A DNA stretch of 64,000 nt from Alphaproteobacteria bacterium (GTDB lineage Bacteria; Pseudomonadota; Alphaproteobacteria; Bin95), in NCBI GenBank assembly GCA_965205265.1, contig CBDBGH010000003.1, positions 4,480,001-4,544,000 of the forward strand, written 5' to 3'. Under the pieces are notes generated by a model, which was not told the DNA's origin, made no database searches, and saw only the letters and a program-made list of their open reading frames with translations. Positions within the stretch are counted from its first letter, which is position 1. Every line of letters starts with the position of its first letter. The translations under genes and the position numbers were made by a program. Of the stretch, positions 22,875-29,860 are shown in pieces.

Positions 22875-23912
22875 ATGCGTAAACGGACAAGCGCGAGCGC
22901 CCTCCTGTTAGGCGGGCTTCTGGGCATTTCAGGATGCGTTAACCCGGATGCCGGCCTGCCGCCCGGCTCGACCCGCGTCGCCGCTCCTGCAGCGCCCGCC
23001 GTCCGCGAGTCGCCGGCTCCGGCGGCCCGGCAGGTGGCTGCGGCGCCTGCGTCCCGGCAGGGCGGGGAGAGCTTCGTCGTCAGCAAGGTCCGCCAGCTTG
23101 CCGGCGAGGCGGATGCGCTTGCCGAGGTGATCGACGGGCTGGAAAAAGCGCATGCGGGCCTCCGGGACGGCGCCCGCCAGCGCGCTGCAAGCTATCATCA
23201 GCGCGTCGGCGCCATCGAGGCGCGCCTCAAGATCGGCACGACCCGCGCCAATCCGAGGCTGCGGGCCGAGTGGAATGTCGCGCAGTCGATGCTGGCAGCG
23301 CTGGACCGCGATGTCGGCGCCTGGGATGTGCTGCGGACACGCGCCGCCGAGGCCGATTCCAGGGCCGCATTCCTCAACGACTCGGTGCTGAACGCCTTCG
23401 AACTGTCCGGCGCGGTGGAGGAAGACCACGAGGCGCTGCACGCCATCGGGGACAGGACGGCGCATATGACAGTCACCGTGACCCGCCTTCTGGACGAGGT
23501 CTCGGCCGCGTCGGAACGGCAGAGCCGGCTGGTGACGGCCGAGCGGCGCGAGCTCGCGCTTCTGGCGGAGGCGATCGACGCCGGCAGCCTCGAGGACGGC
23601 GTGTCGAGCGGGCCCTATGCGGCGCGGGCCGCCGAGGAGCGGCCTCTGGCGGTGGTCCGCTTCGACGATCCGAATGTCGCCTTCGAGGAAGCCCTGTCGG
23701 CCGCCGTCCAGCAGGTGCTCGACCGCCGGCCCGGCACGACATTCGAGGTCGTCGGCGTGTCGCCCGGCGGCAGCATGGCGGCGGCCGCGGACTATGCCGA
23801 CAAGGTCCACAGGAGCCTGCGCCGCATGGGTGTTGCGGCATCCAGGCTCAGGATCGCGACGCGGGCGGACAGCGACCTGAATGTGGAGGAAGTCCGCCTC
23901 TACGTCCGCTAG
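22875..23912 (+). CDS. Hypothetical lipoprotein, coiled-coil with an OmpA-like C-terminal region
   Basis: Lipobox-like ISGC after a hydrophobic stretch; native codon style. Confidence 0.7.
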   Translation: MRKRTSASALLLGGLLGISGCVNPDAGLPPGSTRVAAPAAPAVRESPAPAARQVAAAPASRQGGESFVVSKVRQLAGEADALAEVIDGLEKAHAGLRDGARQRAASYHQRVGAIEARLKIGTTRANPRLRAEWNVAQSMLAALDRDVGAWDVLRTRAAEADSRAAFLNDSVLNAFELSGAVEEDHEALHAIGDRTAHMTVTVTRLLDEVSAASERQSRLVTAERRELALLAEAIDAGSLEDGVSSGPYAARAAEERPLAVVRFDDPNVAFEEALSAAVQQVLDRRPGTTFEVVGVSPGGSMAAAADYADKVHRSLRRMGVAASRLRIATRADSDLNVEEVRLYVR

Positions 23913-23948
23913 AGCGGAATCCGACCGGTCTGAAGCGAAGGGCGGCTG

Positions 23949-24001
23949 CCTTTCGATACGCACTCTCACCCCGAGTAGCCGGGAATCGGTGTATCGAAGG
24001 G
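23949..24001. repeat. Palindromic REP-like element
   Basis: CCTTTCGATAC...GTATCGAAGGG imperfect inverted repeat. Confidence 0.45.
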
Positions 24002-24204
24002 GCCTGTCCCGAGCGCCCCGAAGGGAACGGCCGGACTTCCGTTTCGGCTTGTCTGCGGTGCGGGCTGGCCACACCGCGCGCGCGCCATTCGTCGCCTCGG
24101 GCCGGGGCCCATTCATGCTCGCTATGCTTCCGCAGCCGGTGAAAAGAGGGCGGAACCGCCAGGGTCTGCCCCGGACCGCGTCCGGACCGCAGCGCCCTCG
24201 CAGT

Positions 24205-24296
24205 CGTCGCCCCGGACGCCCACAGGGCGAGCCGGGGTCTCCGGGCGAAGGGTTGCCCCTGTTGCACAAGGCCCCGGATCGGGGTCCGGGGCGACG
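24205..24296. repeat. REP/REPIN-like palindromic element
   Basis: Perfect 13-bp inverted repeat CGTCGCCCCGGAC (24205-24217) / GTCCGGGGCGACG (24284-24296), with an inner hairpin GCCCCGGA..TCCGGGGC. Confidence 0.65.
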
Positions 24297-24328
24297 CAAA
24301 AGGAGCACCGAGCCTGCATCCTGAGCAG

Positions 24329-25252
24329 TTACGGAATGTCATGAAATGTCATGGTCGGGTGCGAAACCGGGGTTGCGGGGCGGGTTGAAGGGGGCGGCCC
24401 ATTCTCGAGCCGGTTGAGGCTGTCGGCCTGGCGGCGTTCGATGTTTTCCGGCGACCAGGGGTCGTGGATCTCGGCATAGTCGTTGCGGCGCTGGTAGAGC
24501 CAGTCGGTTTCCGCGCCCTCGGCGCGTTCCTCCTCGCCCGGGCGGTCGCCGTCGGCCCACTCGCCGGGGAACCGCTCCGGGTCGTAGGTGTCTTCGGGCG
24601 GGTCGTCAGCGAGGGGCAGGTCGTTTGCCGGAGGCGGCGGCGGGTCGAAGCGGACGGGCAGGCTCTCGCGCTCCTCGACGGCCGCCGTGAGCCTTGCGGC
24701 AACCTGCGCATGGGCGGCCCCGTCGAAGCCTTCCCCTGCCTCCATCGCCTCCCTGTTCCCGCAATGGCGGGCAAGGGCGCGTTCGGCGCGGGCGCGGCCG
24801 TGGCGCACGGCTTCGGCGAGGGGTCCCGGCACGGTGCCGGCCTCCTGCGCCTCGCCGGCCTCGATCTCCCCGAACTCGTCCTCCTCCGGCATCGACCAGA
24901 GCGCCGCCCGGTTGGCGGGCTGCGTCAGCCCCGCAATCTCCGCCTGGAAGCGGACGATCCGGACCATCATGTAGGCGGACCCGCTGGCCACCGCCGCATC
25001 CCAGGCCTGTTCCAGACGGGCGAGCACGATCTGCGCCTCGTCCCTCTCTGTGCGCCGCCACGACATGCGGATGCGCCGCACCCGCTCGACGATCCAGGGG
25101 CGTTCCAGCAGGGCGGAGCCGGTCTGCCTTGCGGAGCGTTCGGCATAGCCGGCGCGCCTTGCGGCGTCTGCGGCATTGCCGGAGGCTGTGTAGTGGCGGC
25201 AGAAGGCTTCCTGTCGGGAGGAGAGGGAGAGGGTCGGGTCGAGCACGGGCAT
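24329..25252 (-). CDS. Orphan terminase-small-subunit-like protein (TerS HTH N-domain plus acidic/Pro-rich tail); start uncertain
   Basis: LSSRQEAFCRHYTASGNAADAARRAGYAERSARQTGSALL is the classic TerS N-terminus. No other phage gene is in the window. Confidence 0.75.
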   Translation of the reverse strand: MPVLDPTLSLSSRQEAFCRHYTASGNAADAARRAGYAERSARQTGSALLERPWIVERVRRIRMSWRRTERDEAQIVLARLEQAWDAAVASGSAYMMVRIVRFQAEIAGLTQPANRAALWSMPEEDEFGEIEAGEAQEAGTVPGPLAEAVRHGRARAERALARHCGNREAMEAGEGFDGAAHAQVAARLTAAVEERESLPVRFDPPPPPANDLPLADDPPEDTYDPERFPGEWADGDRPGEEERAEGAETDWLYQRRNDYAEIHDPWSPENIERRQADSLNRLENGPPPSTRPATPVSHPTMTFHDIP

Positions 25253-25509
25253 GGGTGCGGCTCCTTGGTTTCGTCTCATGTTCATCCGGCACACCGCCCC
25301 GGCACCGGAGCGACCCTTATTCGCGCGTCATCCTGCGCGGGCGCCTGTGCGCGGGCGGGCGCGTTTCGCGGCGGCGCGGTTCGCGCGCCTGATTGCCCGC
25401 GCGCGAGGCGGGCACAGGACGCACTTCGCCTGTCGGCTGAATCGGGGTCGCTCCGCACCGGGCCGGCGCGGGCGGGACGCGGTCCATGGACGCCGCTTCC
25501 CTCAGACCC

Positions 25510-25582
25510 ATCATAGCACACTTTCTGATAATGCAAGTCATATAGAGAAATATTACTCAATTATTTCGAACAATATGTGTTT
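25510..25582 (-). promoter_or_regulatory. AT-rich promoter island upstream of the TerS-like gene
   Basis: Most AT-rich tract seen in the window; extended -10 TGcTATGAT (25518-25510) and TTGCAT 15 bp upstream. Confidence 0.55.
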
Positions 25583-25700
25583 CACGCCGCCCGGCCGTCG
25601 GATTCTCCGCTCGGGAACGCGAACAGGCGGGGGCCGGGGCGACAGTCCCTGCGCCTTCTTCGTCACGATCCAACGGGATCGGATGTCGTGCCGGGCGGAC

Positions 25701-26816
25701 TTACACCCCTCCCCAGATTTCCTCGGCAAGCGTTACTACCAATTCGAGCTTCCGCCGCTGGTCGTCATGGCCGATCCTGTTGCCGTGTTCGGTCGAGGCG
25801 AAGCCGCATTGCGGCGCGATGCCGAGCTGGTCGAGATCGACATATCGGGACGCCTCGTCGAACTTCCGCTTGAGGTCGTCGATGCTCTCGAGCTCGGGCG
25901 TCTTGGTGGTGATGAAGCCCGGCAGCACGCGCTGGCGGCCCTTGGCCAGCAGACCCAGCGGCTCCAGCCCGCCGGCGCGCTCGGTGTCGTATTCCATGAA
26001 GAAGATATCGACCCCGGTCCTGTTGAAGACGGCGTCGGCGGCCGGGTCGTAGGCGCCTTCCGCGGCGTGAGCGGACTGGAAATTTCCGCGGCAAAGATGC
26101 ATCGCGACCGTCATGTCGTCCGGGCGGTCCCCGATCGCCTCGTTCATCATCCAGGCATAGCGGTCGATCAGCCGGTCCGGGTCGTGGCCTTGCTGCTGCT
26201 TCTCCGCGCGGTGCTTCGGGTCGCAGAGATAGGCGAAGAAGATGTCGTCGAGCTGGATATAGCGGCAGCCGGCGGCGTAGAACGCCCCGACGGCCTTGCG
26301 GTAGGCGGCCGCGATGTCCGCGAACAAGAGGTCGGTATCCCTGTATTCCGGCACATGAATGTCGTCCGGCGTGAGCCGGAAATGGCAGCAGCTCGGGCCG
26401 GGGATCGAGATTTTGGGCGCCACCGTCGTGTTGGCGGCGACGAACCTGAAATGGTCGAGCATCGGGTGGTCGTCGGGGAAGTCGAGCCGGGCCGTGATCG
26501 TCGGGTAGAGCGGCGGGAGGCGCACGCCGGCGAATTGCACGCCCAGCTCGCGCGTCTCGAACTCGAACCCGGTCAGCATCTCCATGAAGTCGTAATGCCA
26601 GAACAGGCGGCGGTACTCGCCGTCGGTCACCGCCTTCAGCCCGATATCTTCCTGCATGCGGATGGCTTGCACGATCGCCTCGTCCTCGATCGCGCGCAGC
26701 TCGTCGGCCGGCATGGTCTTCTCGTCGAGGCATTTGCGGCGCGCCGCGACGACGCCGGGCGGGCGCAGCAGGCTGCCGACATGGTCGGCGCGGAAGGGCG
26801 GTCGCCGGTCGCTCAT
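25701..26816 (-). CDS. Single-domain cobalamin-independent methionine synthase-like protein (MetE C-terminal/CIMS-like)
   Basis: PFRADHVGSLLRP, TDGEYRR, Zn ligands HLCRGN, EYD, PQCGFAS; ATGA-coupled to the CoA-transferase. Confidence 0.88.
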   Translation of the reverse strand: MSDRRPPFRADHVGSLLRPPGVVAARRKCLDEKTMPADELRAIEDEAIVQAIRMQEDIGLKAVTDGEYRRLFWHYDFMEMLTGFEFETRELGVQFAGVRLPPLYPTITARLDFPDDHPMLDHFRFVAANTTVAPKISIPGPSCCHFRLTPDDIHVPEYRDTDLLFADIAAAYRKAVGAFYAAGCRYIQLDDIFFAYLCDPKHRAEKQQQGHDPDRLIDRYAWMMNEAIGDRPDDMTVAMHLCRGNFQSAHAAEGAYDPAADAVFNRTGVDIFFMEYDTERAGGLEPLGLLAKGRQRVLPGFITTKTPELESIDDLKRKFDEASRYVDLDQLGIAPQCGFASTEHGNRIGHDDQRRKLELVVTLAEEIWGGV

Positions 26817-28027
26817 GGCGTCTCTCCGCTTGCGTCGGTTGCGGACCGGGCGAGCAGGCGCTGGAGCAGGGCCTCGTCGAGGCCCGCCTCGCGCAGCACT
26901 TCCTCGCTGTGCTGCCCCGGCAGGGGCGGCGGCCGGTCGATGACGCCGGAGCCGTGCGCCAATTTGAAGCCGGACCCCACCAGCCGCATCGGCCCCCAGG
27001 GGCCCTCGACATCCTGCAGCACGTCGCGGTGGGCGAGCTGGCGGTGGCCGACCGCGTCCGCGATGCTGCGGATTCGGGCCGAAGGCGCGCCGGCCTCCTC
27101 CAGGCGGGCTTCCCAGACCTCCGCGCCGCCGTCCGCAAAGGCCGCCTCGACGATTTCGCGCAGCTCGTCGGCATGGGCGGTGCGCGCGTCCCAGTCGGCG
27201 AATCGCGGGTCGTCGGGCAGGTCCTCGCGCCCGAGGGCCGCGCACAGCGCCCGGAACTGTTTCTCGTTGTTGACGGCAAGGAGGAGATGGCCGTCGCCCG
27301 CCCTGAACAGGTTGGCGGTCGGCTTGCGGCTCACGGCCTGGTTGCCGTACTGGCCCTGCAGATGGCCGGCGACGAGGTATTCCACCACCGCCGGCGACAT
27401 GAAGGAGAGCGCGGAATCGAGCATCGCGACATCGACCATCTGGCCCCTTCCGGTATGGCTGCGCTGGAAAAGCGCGCTCGCCACGGCGAAGGCGGCGGTC
27501 ATGCCGCCGATGGCATCGCAGACCGCGAAGCCGGCCCGGACCGGTCCGGTCTCGGCATGGCCGGTGACCGACATGATGCCGGAGGTGGCCTGGATGCGCC
27601 CGTCATAGGCCGCGGTCTCCCGGTCGGGCCCGTTCTGCCCGAAGCCCGAAACCGCGCAATAGATGAGCCGCGGGTTGATGTCCGAGAGCGCCTCGTAGCC
27701 GAGGCCGAGCCGGTCCATCACGCCCGGGCGGAAGTTCTCCATCACCACGTCGGCGCCCTTCGCCATGTGCCGGAGCGCGGCGACGGCGTCGGGGTCCTTC
27801 AGGTCGAGCGCGAGATTGCGCTTGTTGGCGTTGGCAGACGCCCACATCGGCGCCATCGCGCGCTCCGCCCACAGCTTCGAGGGCGGGGAGAAGCGCATGT
27901 CCTCGCCGCCCGGCCGCTCGATCTTGATGACATCCGCGCCGAGCAGGGCGAGCTGGTAGCTGCCGAACGGCCCGGCGAAGACCTGGGTGAAGTCGAGGAC
28001 GCGGATGCCGGAAAACGGCCTGGTCAT
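26813..28027 (-). CDS. Class III CoA-transferase (CaiB/BaiF)
   Basis: GIRVLDFT..AGP, GADVIKIE, ENFRPG, SGFGQ.GP, AYD. Confidence 0.92.
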   Translation of the reverse strand: MTRPFSGIRVLDFTQVFAGPFGSYQLALLGADVIKIERPGGEDMRFSPPSKLWAERAMAPMWASANANKRNLALDLKDPDAVAALRHMAKGADVVMENFRPGVMDRLGLGYEALSDINPRLIYCAVSGFGQNGPDRETAAYDGRIQATSGIMSVTGHAETGPVRAGFAVCDAIGGMTAAFAVASALFQRSHTGRGQMVDVAMLDSALSFMSPAVVEYLVAGHLQGQYGNQAVSRKPTANLFRAGDGHLLLAVNNEKQFRALCAALGREDLPDDPRFADWDARTAHADELREIVEAAFADGGAEVWEARLEEAGAPSARIRSIADAVGHRQLAHRDVLQDVEGPWGPMRLVGSGFKLAHGSGVIDRPPPLPGQHSEEVLREAGLDEALLQRLLARSATDASGETP

Positions 28028-28065
28028 GTTGCGGGTCCTTCCTCGCGCTATGCTTGCGCCGCCAT

Positions 28066-28410
28066 TCAGGCCGCGGGGGCCGCCGGCGCGGGCGGAGGCG
28101 TTTCGGCGGGGATTATCTTCTCAAGTTCGTTTTTCAGCCTCCGTTCGGCATGCCGCAGATCGTGGTTCTGCTGCATCCTGAGCCAGAGGCCCGGATCGTT
28201 GCCGACGAGCCTGCCGATCCTGAGCGCCATTTCAACGGAAACGGGATGCGTGCAGGCCAGAACCCGGTGAAGGTGCTGGCGCGAAACACCGAGCCGGGCC
28301 GCCGCAGCCCCGGTGGACAGCCCCAGAGCCGGCAGAACGTCTTCGCGCAGAATCTCTCCGGGATGAACCGCAGGACGCCGGAGCGGGCGCTTCACGCGAT
28401 ATTCCGTCAT
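28066..28410 (-). CDS. higA: HigA family antitoxin (orphan)
   Basis: HPGEILRE, HTH LGVSRQ, MALRIGR..G..PGLWLRMQ; RBS GAGGAG. Confidence 0.9.
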   Translation of the reverse strand: MTEYRVKRPLRRPAVHPGEILREDVLPALGLSTGAAAARLGVSRQHLHRVLACTHPVSVEMALRIGRLVGNDPGLWLRMQQNHDLRHAERRLKNELEKIIPAETPPPAPAAPAA

Positions 28411-28425
28411 TTCGTCTTCTCCTCA

Positions 28426-28560
28426 GAGACCTTTTGAGAATAGCGGCGGTGCCCCTGCTGCGTCGCCCCGGCTCGGGGGCCGGAGCGACGGTGTTTTTGC
28501 GCTTTCGGCCCGGTCGCCGCGCGTCCGAATATCGCAAGGTGCCCATTCTCAAACGGACTC
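28426..28560. mobile_element. 135-bp MITE, IS5 family IS1031-group-like
   Basis: 16-bp TIRs GAGACCTTTTGAGAAT / ATTCTCAAACGGACTC (14/16 match), flanked by TCA on both sides (28423-28425, 28561-28563). Confidence 0.7.
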
Positions 28561-28695
28561 TCAGTGATACTGCTCCAGATCGACGCGCGGCGCCTCGCCC
28601 TCCCGCCATTCTAACTTACGGCCCGGTCATGTTGCGGGTCCTTTCTCGCGCGCTATGCTCGCGCCACCATAACGCCGAAAGGGGGCAAAGAGGCC

Positions 28696-29841
28696 ATGGG
28701 CGCGCTGGACGGGGTCAGGATCGTGGAATTCGCCGGCATCGGGCCGGGGCCGTTTTGCAGCATGCTGCTTGCGGACATGGGCGCGGATGTGCTGCGGGTG
28801 GACCGTGCGGCCAATGTCGGCAGGGAGGCCGAACACCCGAAGTTCAACACCCTGCTGCGGAGCCGCAAGAATGTCGCCATCGACCTGAAGCACCCCGACG
28901 GGCGGGAAACGGCGCTCCGCCTCTGCGACGGCGCGGACGCCATCGTGGAAGGTTTCCGGCCGGGCGTCATGGAGCGTCTCGGCCTCGCGCCCGACACGCT
29001 GCTCGAGCGCAATCCGAAGCTGGTGATCGGGCGCATGACCGGCTGGGGCCAGACCGGTCCCATCGCGCATACCGCCGGGCACGACATCAACTACATCTCG
29101 CTGTCCGGCGCGCTCTATTCCATTGGCGAGGAGGACGGCCCGCCCGTGCCGCCGCTCAACCTTGTCGGCGATTTCGGCGGCGGCGCCCTCTACATGGCCG
29201 TCGGCATGCTGGCCGGCATCGTCAGCGCACGCACGACCGGCAAGGGCCAGGTGGTGGACTGCTCGATGGTCGAAGGCTCGGCCTCGCTGATGACCCCCAT
29301 GTACGGCGCGCTGGCCTCCGGGGCCTGGATCGAGGAGCGCGGCAAGAACCGCCTCGACAAGGGCGCGCATTACTACAATGTCTATGAGACGGCGGACGGC
29401 AAGCACATCTCGGTCGGCTCCATCGAGCCGCAATTCTATGCGCTGCTGCTCAAGCATACCGGCCTTGCGGACGCCGACCTGCCGGACCAGCTCGACCGGC
29501 CCCGCTGGCCCGAGACGCGCGAGCGCCTGCGCAAGATTTTCAAGACGAAGACGCGCGAGGAATGGACGGCGATCATGGAGCAGACCGACATCTGCTTCGG
29601 CCCGGTGCTCTCCATGTCCGAGGCGATGGAGCACCACCACAATGTCTTCCGCGGCAGCTTCGTCGAGGTGGACGGCGTGCGCCAGCCGGGTCCGGCCCCG
29701 GTGTTCGAAGGCACGCCGAGCGGCGTTTCCAGGGCCCCGGCCCATGCCGGCGAACACACCGACGAGGCGCTCGGCGACTGGGGCTTCGCGGCCGCCGAGA
29801 TCGCGCGCCTGAACGCCGTCGGGGCCGTCAAGCAGCGCTGA
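28696..29841 (+). CDS. Class III CoA-transferase, alpha-methylacyl-CoA racemase-like
   Basis: AGIGPGPF, EGFRPGVMERLGL, GHDINY, NLVGDFGGG. Confidence 0.92.
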   Translation: MGALDGVRIVEFAGIGPGPFCSMLLADMGADVLRVDRAANVGREAEHPKFNTLLRSRKNVAIDLKHPDGRETALRLCDGADAIVEGFRPGVMERLGLAPDTLLERNPKLVIGRMTGWGQTGPIAHTAGHDINYISLSGALYSIGEEDGPPVPPLNLVGDFGGGALYMAVGMLAGIVSARTTGKGQVVDCSMVEGSASLMTPMYGALASGAWIEERGKNRLDKGAHYYNVYETADGKHISVGSIEPQFYALLLKHTGLADADLPDQLDRPRWPETRERLRKIFKTKTREEWTAIMEQTDICFGPVLSMSEAMEHHHNVFRGSFVEVDGVRQPGPAPVFEGTPSGVSRAPAHAGEHTDEALGDWGFAAAEIARLNAVGAVKQR

Positions 29842-29860
29842 CGCTGCCGCGCTTTACCCG

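Larger units (their letters stand above)
28015..28670. repeat. About 50-bp direct repeats (28015-28065 and 28618-28670) flanking the higA cassette
   Basis: 19-bp identical core GGTCATGTTGCGGGTCCTT; 4 substitutions and one 2-nt indel overall. Confidence 0.9.

Noticed and set aside
24329-25294. Prophage around the TerS-like gene
   Set aside because: No large terminase, portal, capsid, tail or intact integrase in the window.
25537-25582. Alphaproteobacterial LexA box (GAAC-N7-GAAC) in the TerS promoter
   Set aside because: Only degenerate or half matches (AGTC-ATATAGA-GAAA; a single GAAC); not supportable without a PWM scan.
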